Source: Candidatus Babelota bacterium
GTDB lineage: Bacteria; Babelota; Babeliae; Babelales; Vermiphilaceae
DNA length: 32,000 bases
Assembly: GCA_039809905.1 (NCBI GenBank)
Contig: JBDHVY010000001.1
Location: 90,001-122,000, forward strand
Direction: 5' to 3'
The translations under genes were made by a program, and so were the position numbers. The notes beneath the pieces are model-generated. The model saw only the letters and a program-made list of their open reading frames with translations. It was not told the origin of the DNA and did not search any database. Shown piece by piece: positions 19,065-27,682 of this stretch. Numbering within the stretch: position 1 is the stretch's first letter; each line of letters begins with the position of its first letter.

Positions 19065-19086
19065 TTTTTTTAAAAAGGATTGGTCA

Positions 19087-20019
19087 ATGGCAAAGCACAT
19101 ATCCCATTCATTTTTTATTCTTATCTCTCTTTCTTTTTTCTTTATTCAATCATCTCAATCTTCATATGATCATAGCGCTCATGCACAAGCATGGACTCAC
19201 CTATATACTGAACAAATGACACCTGAAGATTTACAAATTACCGCAAACATGCTTTATTGTTTGTATTCCAACACTCTTATTGACTTAAAGATCCAAGAAT
19301 ATTTTAGTCCACTATCTGAATTAAGCCAGATCGTTCACAGCAATCTTTCCGATCCCATGAATCCTAATAATGAAATAGCTCAACTAAGAGTTCTTACAGA
19401 AAAAATTGCTTATCTCACTAAGATTCGTTTTTTATATACAAAGATACTTGATAATTGCTTAAATCATTATAATAAAAATCATATTGTTATTGTTGATGAT
19501 GCTCTTAAGGCATTGCAATTATACGCTGCAGATTCATTACGGGAATGGGCCGATAACAACAATCAATTTTTCATTGAGCATCTTGAAAATTCTGCACGTG
19601 TTATCGCTGAATGCGCTCAATCTATTCATTCTGCATCTAATACTCACAAAGCACTATCTCATGAAATTTTCCCTTTTATTGTAGATGAAAAAGATAAATC
19701 ACTTGCACTTATCAATGTAATCTTAAGAAGTACACCAACATTTATGAATGCTGCATACACTACCATGAATACGCTCAATAATATTTGCAACGATGCAATG
19801 AAAACGATCTGTTTTGGTGCGCATGTCTATAAACAACATTATCAAGCAGTGTATGAGATAATAACAGCGGAATCTTTTGATAAAAAATACGCAACATTGT
19901 TATTTCATGAACAGGGTATATTGCCAGAGGAATATATAGTACTTCTACCAGATGCAGATCATGTATTTGAACATATGCTTGAAACAAAAGAGCTTTTTGC
20001 TCAAGCACAATTAAAATAA
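19087..20019 (+). CDS. Exported hypothetical protein, paralogue 1 of 3 (track ORF starts inside tRNA-Pro at 19021; likely start ATG 19087)
   Basis: AAAAGGA RBS precedes MAKHISHSFFILISLSFFFIQSSQS; C-terminus ILPEEYIVLLPDADHVFEHMLETKELFAQAQ matches the next gene. Confidence 0.8.
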   Translation: MAKHISHSFFILISLSFFFIQSSQSSYDHSAHAQAWTHLYTEQMTPEDLQITANMLYCLYSNTLIDLKIQEYFSPLSELSQIVHSNLSDPMNPNNEIAQLRVLTEKIAYLTKIRFLYTKILDNCLNHYNKNHIVIVDDALKALQLYAADSLREWADNNNQFFIEHLENSARVIAECAQSIHSASNTHKALSHEIFPFIVDEKDKSLALINVILRSTPTFMNAAYTTMNTLNNICNDAMKTICFGAHVYKQHYQAVYEIITAESFDKKYATLLFHEQGILPEEYIVLLPDADHVFEHMLETKELFAQAQLK

Positions 20020-20040
20020 TTATTTAAGGATAATCTTACT

Positions 20041-20982
20041 ATGTTGGTCAAAAAAATCATATTCCTATCACTTACCATATCAACTTTTTGCTTGTTTCCT
20101 GTCCAAATGAACACACAAGATCTTCAATTTTTGCAAACATGGCAAACACAGCACATTGATCAGATGAATCACGCGGATTTGCAATTATTAGCAAATGTTC
20201 TTCATTTGTTACATAGCGTAGCGCTCATTGAATCAAAAACACGGCAATTTTCGCATCCAATTGCACGGCTTAATCAAACAATACGAACAAATATTGAACA
20301 GTACAAAAATGCTACTGAGGAACTCGCCACACTCAAAACCTTGCTTGATCGCCTTTCATTTGTGATAAATACACGTGCTATTTATAATCAAACATTAGCA
20401 ACATGCTTTGCTCATTACGAAAAAAATCCTTCTGATACTATTGAAGCAGCATTAACCAATCTTCAATTATTTGCTCAAAAAAAGTTGCGCAGTTGGGCGG
20501 AACAAGAATTGTTAGAAACAAGCAAGCTCCTTACAGAAAAAGCTGATATTGTTAATAATACCGCACAACTTTTTCAAGAAGCTTCGTTTCTTTATAAAGA
20601 GATGAGTAAAGGTAATATTCCGGTAAAATTATCACCAGAAGACGAAAAAAATAAACAGTTAATACTGCTTTCTATCCTTTTGGAAAGCAATTCTAAACTA
20701 TTTGCTATTTCTGAATACACGACTGATTCTTTGCTTGCAATGACTGATCACGCTACTGAAGTTATTAACGCAGGCACAGAAATATATAAACAATTTTACA
20801 TGGTCGTGTATAACAAACTGATGTCATCAGCAATTGATAAGAAATATACGACAACCTTGTTTAGCATGTATGATGTATTATCTGATGAATATAAATCACT
20901 GCTACCAGATGCAGATCATACATTTGAACATGCATTAAAAACAACGAAATTATATACACAAACTGAATATTCACCATTATAA
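20041..20982 (+). CDS. Exported hypothetical protein, paralogue 2 of 3
   Basis: 313 aa; signal peptide-like KKIIFLSLTISTFCLFPVQMN; C-terminus VLSDEYKSLLPDADHTFEHALKTTKLYTQTEYSPL. Confidence 0.8.
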   Translation: MLVKKIIFLSLTISTFCLFPVQMNTQDLQFLQTWQTQHIDQMNHADLQLLANVLHLLHSVALIESKTRQFSHPIARLNQTIRTNIEQYKNATEELATLKTLLDRLSFVINTRAIYNQTLATCFAHYEKNPSDTIEAALTNLQLFAQKKLRSWAEQELLETSKLLTEKADIVNNTAQLFQEASFLYKEMSKGNIPVKLSPEDEKNKQLILLSILLESNSKLFAISEYTTDSLLAMTDHATEVINAGTEIYKQFYMVVYNKLMSSAIDKKYTTTLFSMYDVLSDEYKSLLPDADHTFEHALKTTKLYTQTEYSPL

Positions 20983-21000
20983 AAAGAAAAGGTCACTCTG

Positions 21001-21546
21001 ATGAATAAATATTTTGCCTATTGTGCTTTAATTCTTCAAACAATATTTTGTGCTCAAGCAAATCAAGTTGCTACTTTTGAAAAGCTAACTCCAGAAATAT
21101 ACAAACAAGCTACAACCTGGTCTGAAAAAGTAGTTACTACATTAAACAAAAATTCTCAGTTAATATATCTCAATTTACTTGCTTTTAGTGCAGAAGGCGC
21201 GATTGAAGAATTTATAAAATGTAATGAATACATAGAATCGCAAGCATCTATGCATGATTCATACAAAGATCTTGGACTCACCATTATGGAAATCATCACC
21301 AAATATGCTGATAATATCCAAAGAAAAATTGAGCTCAAGAAAAATATCACAGAAAAACAAAAAAATCAGTTATGGGAAAAACTCGAGATTAAAGTACAAG
21401 AACTTATGGCATATATTAATTCTATATATTATCAGTCTCTTTACGGTCTCGTTGCACAAAATAATACATCTCCTGTATATATGTTTGACGAAAATGGCTT
21501 ATTACCAGAAGAAAAACGTACAGAACTTTTACCAAAGTCCTTGTAA
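21001..21546 (+). CDS. Exported hypothetical protein, shortened divergent paralogue 3 of 3
   Basis: 181 aa; MNKYFAYCALILQTIFCAQA; C-terminal MFDENGLLPEEKRTELLPKSL resembles the xLLPEE...LLPDAD motif of the upstream genes. Confidence 0.7.
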   Translation: MNKYFAYCALILQTIFCAQANQVATFEKLTPEIYKQATTWSEKVVTTLNKNSQLIYLNLLAFSAEGAIEEFIKCNEYIESQASMHDSYKDLGLTIMEIITKYADNIQRKIELKKNITEKQKNQLWEKLEIKVQELMAYINSIYYQSLYGLVAQNNTSPVYMFDENGLLPEEKRTELLPKSL

Positions 21547-21553
21547 TTCAAAG

Positions 21554-21614
21554 AACTGAACACAACAAAAAGGCTTGCCCATAAAAAAGGCAAGCCTTTT
21601 TGTTGTGTTCAGTT
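21554..21614 (+). terminator. Very long perfect hairpin containing a rho-independent terminator
   Basis: AACTGAACACAACAAAAAGGCTTGCC (21554-21579), 9-nt spacer, GGCAAGCCTTTTTGTTGTGTTCAGTT (21589-21614): 26-bp perfect inverted repeat. Confidence 0.8.
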
Positions 21615-21656
21615 AAAAACATATTTTATTATAATATTAAAAAAACCTCTTAATGT

Positions 21657-21691
21657 GGGGTCCCCCATTCGGCATATAATAGAGAATGGGG
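21657..21691 (+). promoter_or_regulatory. Inverted-repeat element copy A with TATAAT centre; putative regulated promoter of the 21735 gene
   Basis: GGGGTC CCCCATTC ggcaTATAATaga GAATGGGG; arms 21663-21670 / 21684-21691, TATAAT 21675-21680. Confidence 0.45.
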
Positions 21692-21734
21692 TTGTATTAA
21701 AAAACTAATTCTCTATAAAAACTTGGGGGACTCG

Positions 21735-22001
21735 ATGAAAATTAATGCTTGTGGTTTTGGGATTGCTGGCGCAGTAACATTTTGTTCTATGTATACACTT
21801 CTTGCTCTCGTGCTTAAATTTTTGCCGAATCAGACACTTAAATTTATTGGCATGATTCATATGATGCCAAAACTTGAGTATATTAAGCCATTTATCCAAG
21901 TAACTCCTCAGGCAATACTGCTTGGCTTGCTAACTCACACCATTGCGGTCTTTCTTTTTTTCTGGCTTACGGGAAAAATCTATAACCTCTTTCAAAGATA
22001 A
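21735..22001 (+). CDS. Small two-TM membrane protein, possibly DUF5676-like (track ORF starts at TTG 21723)
   Basis: MKINACGFGIAGAVTFCSMYTLLALVLKFLPNQ...ILLGLLTHTIAVFLFFWLTGKIYNLFQR; family call from memory of pattern only. Confidence 0.65.
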   Translation: MKINACGFGIAGAVTFCSMYTLLALVLKFLPNQTLKFIGMIHMMPKLEYIKPFIQVTPQAILLGLLTHTIAVFLFFWLTGKIYNLFQR

Positions 22002-22165
22002 CCTTATATATTCATAATCAAACTTTCTGTTGAGGCTTTAGCTGGCTCTTATGAGCTAACCTAAAGCCTTTTTGTTATTTTTCATTACCAAATCTCTTGT
22101 TTTTTATGTAAAAAATTTACTATTATAAAATTAATGATTTTTATTATATTAAAAAAGGGGTTTTC

Positions 22166-22699
22166 ATGAAAAAACAAATATTATTACTATGCTCTGCATT
22201 TGCTATATCATTTAATCTTTCTGCCTTAACTGATGCTCAAGCTAAACAACAGGGACAACAACTTATGAGCGGTCTGGTAAGTGGACATAACCTTGCTTTT
22301 GGTAAAGATAATTTATATAAAGAAGCTCTTGATTTAGGTATGTGGAATAAAGCAATTTCCAACATAAAATCCTTTGCAACAACTATTATGGAAGAAAACA
22401 AAAATTTCCTTGGCATGAGAGATTCTACTCTCAAAGATGCTTTATCAAAAATAGAAAAAGCAGACATCGATCTTGTTAATGCTATTAAAGTAACCCGCGG
22501 AGTTCTTAGTTCACCCGCAAATGTTACAAAACAGGTCGGCATATTGAATAAAATAAAAACTGATATGTTAAATGTTCAAAAATCATTGAAATCATCAATG
22601 TCTTCTGTTGCAAAAGACGAAGCACGAAAAATACTTAATAATACAGCAATGTTTATTGAAACAACTGCCACAAAGGCAATAAAAGACGCTCAAAAATAA
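22166..22699 (+). CDS. Small exported helical hypothetical protein
   Basis: AAAAAAGGGG-type RBS region and signal peptide-like MKKQILLLCSAFAISFNLSA; 177 aa. Confidence 0.75.
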   Translation: MKKQILLLCSAFAISFNLSALTDAQAKQQGQQLMSGLVSGHNLAFGKDNLYKEALDLGMWNKAISNIKSFATTIMEENKNFLGMRDSTLKDALSKIEKADIDLVNAIKVTRGVLSSPANVTKQVGILNKIKTDMLNVQKSLKSSMSSVAKDEARKILNNTAMFIETTATKAIKDAQK

Positions 22700-22716
22700 T
22701 TTCGCCTAAAAATAAT

Positions 22717-22751
22717 AAAAAGCTTCCTCTGTCAAAAGAGGAAGCTTTTTT
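22717..22751 (+). terminator. Rho-independent terminator
   Basis: AAAAAGCTTCCTCT gtcaaa AGAGGAAGCTTTTTT immediately downstream of the 22166-22699 ORF. Confidence 0.85.
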
Positions 22752-22818
22752 ATACCTAAAAATATTTTTTAATCGTGCTATGCTGTTGATAAAGAAATTC
22801 GATAAAACTCTTAATACG

Positions 22819-22852
22819 GAGCCCCCATATGAAACAACGTAAAATATGGGGT
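22819..22852 (+). promoter_or_regulatory. Inverted-repeat element copy C upstream of the SEDS gene
   Basis: GGAGC CCCCATAT gaaacaacgtaaa ATATGGGG; arms 22824-22831 / 22845-22852, 13-nt spacer. Confidence 0.4.
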
Positions 22853-22863
22853 AAATAATACCT

Positions 22864-23967
22864 ATGGCTCTCAATATTAATCATCGCACAACAGCTCGCT
22901 CATTTGATTTTATAACGTTTTTTTTAATAATAGCTCTTGCTGCATGCGGACTTTTATTCGTTTTTAGCGCAACTCACACAATTGAAAAGCCTTTTTCGCA
23001 TTTTTTTATTAAACAATCCTTCGGTATAATTGCAGGAATAATTATTTATTTTTTGTGTCTTATTCCTGATTATCGAAATCTTATCCGATGGGGATATGTG
23101 GCATACTTTGGCATTATGGCACTGTTAATTTTTACACTCATCAAAGGAAGCATCGGCATGGGGGGCAGACGTTGGATTAATGTCATTTTTTTTAAATTTC
23201 AACCCTCTGAACTAGCAAAATGTATACTTCCTGCATACATGATTAACTGTCTTTATGTACAAAAAAAAACAATTATAAACTCATTCGGCCTCTTTATTCC
23301 ATTACTCACCATGCTTACCGCAAGCTTTATACTTATTCTTAAACAACCAGATCTTGGAACCGCTCTTATTGTACTCTTTTCCGGCCTCATTTTATGTTGG
23401 TTTGCAGGATTAAATAAAAAGTTTTTTCTGTATGCCATTATTGCCACCGTAGTCATGGCGCCATTAATATGGTCTTTTGTGTTACGGGATTACCAAAAAA
23501 ATCGTATCCTTGTTTTCTGCGGTCAAGGTAATCATAAAAAAGAAGGTTATCAAATAGAACAAGCACATATTGCAATTGGCTCGGGAGGATTGTGGGGAAA
23601 AGGTTTATTTAATGGCACACAAAATAAATTACGTTTTTTACCTGAAAGTAGAACTGATTTTATTTTTGCAGTACTGTGCGAAGAATGGGGCTTAATAGGA
23701 GCTCTTGCGGTATTATTATGTTATATTTTTCTCTTTTTTAGATCATTTTTACTCATAAGACAAGTAAAAGATCCCTATGCCCAACTTTTTGCGATAGGTC
23801 TTTTGCTCCATATCATTTTAGCAACGATTATTAATATCGGCATGGTTTTGGGTATCATGCCAATTGTTGGCATTCCACTCCCTCTAATGAGTTATGGATT
23901 AAGTAACTTATGGATTACGTTTGCATGTCTTGGAGGTTTTCAAAATGTTATGCTACGCTGTAGGTAA
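22864..23967 (+). CDS. rodA: SEDS family protein, RodA/FtsW type (RodA-like favoured)
   Basis: 367 aa polytopic protein; SIGMGGRRWINVIFFKFQPSELAK, QPDLGTALIV, FLPESRTDFIFAVLCEEWG, GIPLPLMSYG. Confidence 0.8.
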   Translation: MALNINHRTTARSFDFITFFLIIALAACGLLFVFSATHTIEKPFSHFFIKQSFGIIAGIIIYFLCLIPDYRNLIRWGYVAYFGIMALLIFTLIKGSIGMGGRRWINVIFFKFQPSELAKCILPAYMINCLYVQKKTIINSFGLFIPLLTMLTASFILILKQPDLGTALIVLFSGLILCWFAGLNKKFFLYAIIATVVMAPLIWSFVLRDYQKNRILVFCGQGNHKKEGYQIEQAHIAIGSGGLWGKGLFNGTQNKLRFLPESRTDFIFAVLCEEWGLIGALAVLLCYIFLFFRSFLLIRQVKDPYAQLFAIGLLLHIILATIINIGMVLGIMPIVGIPLPLMSYGLSNLWITFACLGGFQNVMLRCR

Positions 23968-24026
23968 ATTTAGCCCAACCTACACTACGTTACAATTGGG
24001 CACCCATTAAACACATAGAAAAATAT

Positions 24027-25031
24027 ATGATGAAACCACTCATACTTGACCTAGGCGAGACGCCAGAAGAACGCGCGCATGATTTTTTTCCAAAAACATT
24101 TGATGATTACATAGGACAAAAAGATCTTAAAGAAAAACTTTCTATTTATACTCAAGCAGCTAAAATGCGCAATGAACCTCTCGACCATTTATTATTATTT
24201 GGCCCTCCTGGTCTTGGCAAAACAACATTATCAACAATTATGGCCCAGGTAATGGATGTAAATATTAAATTATGCAGCGGTCCCATGATAGAACGTACTG
24301 GTGATCTTGTCAGTATTCTATCAAGTTTGCAACCACGGGATATTTTTTTTATTGATGAGATTCATCGCCTACCTGCAACAGTTGAAGAAGTTTTATACAG
24401 TGCAATGGAACAATATCGTGTTGATGTGATTATTGGTCAAGGAGCCGGTGCAAAATCAGTCAGTCTTCCCATACACCCATTTACACTTGTTGGAGCAACA
24501 ACAAAAAGCGGAATTATTTCTGCACCTTTGAGAAGTCGTTTTGGTATTAACGAACGTCTTGATTTTTATAGTGATGAAGAATTACGAGATATAGTACTGC
24601 AAAGTGCACGCTTCCTTAATCTTTCTATCACATCAGATGCCGCACTTATGATTGGAGCTTGTTCACGCGGAACTCCACGTATCGCAAAAAAATTAATTCG
24701 CCGTATCCGTGATTTATCGCAAGTACGTAATATACCAGCAGATAAAAAATTTGTAGAAGATTCACTCCATTTTTTAGGCATTGATCATGATGGTCTTACT
24801 GCAGTTGATATATCAATTTTACAAAAAATAGTCTGTAATTTTAATGGCGGACCTGTTGGTCTTGATACTCTTGCAGCACTTGTTGGTGAAGATACTGATA
24901 CGATTGAGCTTGCATACGAACCGTATTTATTGCGCAAAGGATATCTTGAAAAAACTTCGCGTGGCAGGCAAATTCCTGCAAAAATATTACCACAATTAAT
25001 TAAAAGATTTTTGGGGCAGCAGACATTATAA
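24027..25031 (+). CDS. ruvB: Holliday junction DNA helicase RuvB
   Basis: FDDYIGQKDLKEKLSIYTQAAKMRNEPLDHLLLFGPPGLGKTTLSTIMAQ, DILSSLQPRDIFFIDEIHRL, TTKSGIISAPLRSRFG, TSRGRQIPAKILPQL. Confidence 0.98.
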   Translation: MMKPLILDLGETPEERAHDFFPKTFDDYIGQKDLKEKLSIYTQAAKMRNEPLDHLLLFGPPGLGKTTLSTIMAQVMDVNIKLCSGPMIERTGDLVSILSSLQPRDIFFIDEIHRLPATVEEVLYSAMEQYRVDVIIGQGAGAKSVSLPIHPFTLVGATTKSGIISAPLRSRFGINERLDFYSDEELRDIVLQSARFLNLSITSDAALMIGACSRGTPRIAKKLIRRIRDLSQVRNIPADKKFVEDSLHFLGIDHDGLTAVDISILQKIVCNFNGGPVGLDTLAALVGEDTDTIELAYEPYLLRKGYLEKTSRGRQIPAKILPQLIKRFLGQQTL

Positions 25032-25984
25032 TGCAATTTTTAGACATATTCATGAATTATATATTTATTTTTACCATGTTATTAACTATGTTTATATATT
25101 CACATTGCAGCAAACCTGTGAGCTCAGAAAAACTATTACATGCTCTTATTGATCAGCATAATCAACCAACACCGAGCTTGTTAGAATTGCTTAAAGAAAC
25201 AGATTCTCCCCACGCCGGCACTTTTGAATCTATTACACAAGCCACTCAATTATGGCTACGACCAGCAGCAAAAGAGCGTTGGCAGGTTAGTAATGATTCA
25301 ACAGAAAACAAAAAAACTCGATTATTAAAACTCTTTGAAAATCTTTGTCTTGTACAAAAAGTGGAACCTTTAAAAAAATCTTATACTTATGCCATACTTT
25401 TTGGAAGTACATTAGATGATGTTCGTGATAGACTTTCTCATTTAATAACGCTGTGGGATGAAGGAATTCATTTTAATTCACTTATCATCCTTGCCAGTGA
25501 ACGACCATTAGATACAACTCTGGAAAATCAGGAAAACTTATTAAACAACAACTATCAAGGTTTATCATCTAAAAAAACATGGCATTTTAATGGACATTTT
25601 CCAACCACTGAATCTGAAATGATTAAGTTTGTATTTGAACAAGCAGAAACTCCTGCCGCATGGAATAATATACCGCATGTTTTTATTAATACACCACTAC
25701 AAAAAACAAACCTCAATGAGCTCAGACGTCCTAATACAGAAGATACTATTATTCATTGGCTAAAAGAATATAATCCACAGCCAGGCTCTATATTGGCTAT
25801 ATCAAATCAGCCATTTATTGGTTATCAAAATGCTGTTTTACAAAAAAATATCCCGCAAACATTTTCAATAGAAACAGTAGGAAGCGCTTACCACAGCAAT
25901 GAATCTATAACATCATTTTTTGATACCTTAGCACGCTGGATCTATAACCAAAATAACATAATCCAAAATCAACAAGCTAAATAG
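25031..25984 (+). CDS. Exported/anchored hypothetical, possible divergent DUF218 (YdcF/SanA)-like protein
   Basis: Starts on the ruvB stop codon; AILFGSTLDDVRDRLSHLITLWDEG...TESEMIKFVFEQ...NTEDTIIHWLKEYNPQPGSILAISNQPFIGYQNAVLQ pattern. Confidence 0.65.
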   Translation: MQFLDIFMNYIFIFTMLLTMFIYSHCSKPVSSEKLLHALIDQHNQPTPSLLELLKETDSPHAGTFESITQATQLWLRPAAKERWQVSNDSTENKKTRLLKLFENLCLVQKVEPLKKSYTYAILFGSTLDDVRDRLSHLITLWDEGIHFNSLIILASERPLDTTLENQENLLNNNYQGLSSKKTWHFNGHFPTTESEMIKFVFEQAETPAAWNNIPHVFINTPLQKTNLNELRRPNTEDTIIHWLKEYNPQPGSILAISNQPFIGYQNAVLQKNIPQTFSIETVGSAYHSNESITSFFDTLARWIYNQNNIIQNQQAK

Positions 25985-26000
25985 TGATAACCATTAAAAC

Positions 26001-26048
26001 AAAAAAAGATAGGTTATCAGAAACTAGTCTGCTAACCTATCTTTTTTT
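26001..26048. terminator. Bidirectional rho-independent terminator between convergent genes
   Basis: AAAAAAAGATAGGTTA ... TAACCTATCTTTTTTT, 16-bp perfect arms. Confidence 0.9.
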
Positions 26049-26065
26049 GTTACTTATCAAAAATT

Positions 26066-26911
26066 TTATTGCTGTTGCCACACTACAAAAAACGATCCTT
26101 TATCTGGCAATAATGCTGAAGTAAGATCTTTTGGCGCGCCATTATTAGTCACCATTTCAATACCAATATTTTGCCATGAATTATTACCAATTGGAGCGGT
26201 AACACCATTAATTGTAGCCATACAACCCCACATATACGCTGTTACAAAATCACTCAACGGAAGTATGCCATTCATATAAGGCGCTTCTATAATCCATTCA
26301 GCTGATTCACGCAACGCTGTTGAGGATTTGGTATATTTCGTTGGAATAGTATACGATACCTTTTGAGTATCATTCATTAATGTCATAACAAAAGTATTGT
26401 TACCAGCATATACAACAGATGCACTAATCACATCACCAGGATTAAGTGGGAATCCATTGATAACATAACTACCGCCTGGGTACATCTCAAACCATGCATA
26501 ATCTTGTTGAGCACCATTAATAGAATCATGTTCTGTACCTATTTGTTCAACTGTTGGGCTACCATATCCATCTATACCAACCCATAGAGAACTATAAGCA
26601 TCTGTATCTGTTGGTACAATTGTCGGAACAATCCATGAACCCGATACTGCTGAAACAGAATTTTTTGCTGGTTTGCTCAATTTGCTTGCAGCTGCATAAC
26701 CACTCCAATTGGTACTTGTAGTTTGTCCACTTGGAACACGTGCTGATCGAGGGCCTGGTATATGAGGATGAGAACAAGTCACTTCTTTTTTATCAACTTC
26801 AACGATTGTACATTCGATTTCTTGATAACCATGTGAATCATGCTTAGCTAATACACTACTGCATATTATTACCGACAACAATATATTGTAACGTGCAAAA
26901 CCACTATTCAT
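26066..26911 (-). CDS. Exported peptidase family G1 (eqolisin-like glutamic endopeptidase)
   Basis: NWSGYAAAS, SSLWVGIDGYGSPTVEQIGTEHD (candidate catalytic Gln), QDYAWFEMYPGG, ESAEWIIEAP (candidate catalytic Glu); N-terminal hydrophobic segment. Confidence 0.88.
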   Translation of the reverse strand: MNSGFARYNILLSVIICSSVLAKHDSHGYQEIECTIVEVDKKEVTCSHPHIPGPRSARVPSGQTTSTNWSGYAAASKLSKPAKNSVSAVSGSWIVPTIVPTDTDAYSSLWVGIDGYGSPTVEQIGTEHDSINGAQQDYAWFEMYPGGSYVINGFPLNPGDVISASVVYAGNNTFVMTLMNDTQKVSYTIPTKYTKSSTALRESAEWIIEAPYMNGILPLSDFVTAYMWGCMATINGVTAPIGNNSWQNIGIEMVTNNGAPKDLTSALLPDKGSFFVVWQQQ

Positions 26912-26990
26912 TGGACAACTCCTTATAAAAGAGGATATTAAAATATCTTTTCATAAAGAGCTCTAACATGACAAATAAACAAAGTCAATG

Positions 26991-27035
26991 TAAAAAGCCT
27001 CTTTACGATAAGGTAAAAAGGCTTTCATTTTTATT
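26991..27035 (-). terminator. Rho-independent terminator of the 27082-27480 gene
   Basis: AAAAAGCCTcTTTAC gataag GTAAAaAGGCTTT; the minus strand ends in a T run. Confidence 0.7.
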
Positions 27036-27081
27036 CTTTGATTACAGATTACTAATGTTTATTGAGCATCATTCTGTCTCT

Positions 27082-27480
27082 TTAAGATTTTAATCGAAGA
27101 AATTGTTTATAACCAGCCAATTCTCTTTTTAAGATGTTATATGTTGGAACAATTGGATATAAAAGACCAACGGTACCCAATCCCATAAGGGTTCTTCCAG
27201 TTAATTTGCAAATAGCTCCAGTATTCTTACCAACAAAATTGTCCGCATTCTCTTTTGTCGTTATTATAATCATTTCTTTTGATTCTGATGACATTATTCC
27301 AAAATCTAATGCTGTTTTTGAAAGACGGTTCAAATAAAATCCTATACCAATATTGGCGGCAGAAGTAACTTGTTGTAAAACATTTGATTTCTTTGATTGT
27401 TGCTGTTGCTGAGCCTGAGATACTGAGTAAGCACATAACAATGCTGCTATCAATGAAAGTGTTGCTAATCGATTTACCAT
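27082..27480 (-). CDS. Small exported hypothetical protein with poly-Q after the predicted cleavage site
   Basis: 132 aa; MVNRLATLSLIAALLCAYSVSQAQQQQQSKKSN. Confidence 0.7.
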   Translation of the reverse strand: MVNRLATLSLIAALLCAYSVSQAQQQQQSKKSNVLQQVTSAANIGIGFYLNRLSKTALDFGIMSSESKEMIIITTKENADNFVGKNTGAICKLTGRTLMGLGTVGLLYPIVPTYNILKRELAGYKQFLRLKS

Positions 27481-27621
27481 AGCAAAGCTCCTTAATAATT
27501 AAAATATTAGCATATAGCTGTATTCTCAATAAAATTAACATTAAAAATTCAATTTGTCAATCTCTGGGCCTGCCCTTTATAACACAAAAAATACCATAAA
27601 AAACCCCAAAATAGCTCAATA

Positions 27622-27661
27622 AATATGCCTCCCTGTGCTTTACAGCAAAGAGAGGCATATT
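27622..27661 (-). terminator. Hairpin downstream of the ankyrin gene, weak T tract
   Basis: AATATGCCTC (27622-27631) / GAGGCATATT (27652-27661). Confidence 0.4.
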
Positions 27662-27682
27662 GCTCATTATCGATTTTCAACA

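Noticed and set aside
19021-19086. N-terminal extension of the 332-aa ORF (MGARGCQFESGHPDHFFKKDWS)
   Set aside because: Starts inside tRNA-Pro; the ATG at 19087 has an RBS and a proper signal peptide.
18983-19219. 79-aa track ORF MYRGVAQLVAHSLWERGVVSSSLATPTIF...
   Set aside because: It is a translation of tRNA-Pro and its flank, a well-known spurious ORF type.
27622-27661. Hairpin after the ankyrin gene as a possible novel regulatory RNA
   Set aside because: Position and shape fit an ordinary weak terminator; nothing further supports a special role.
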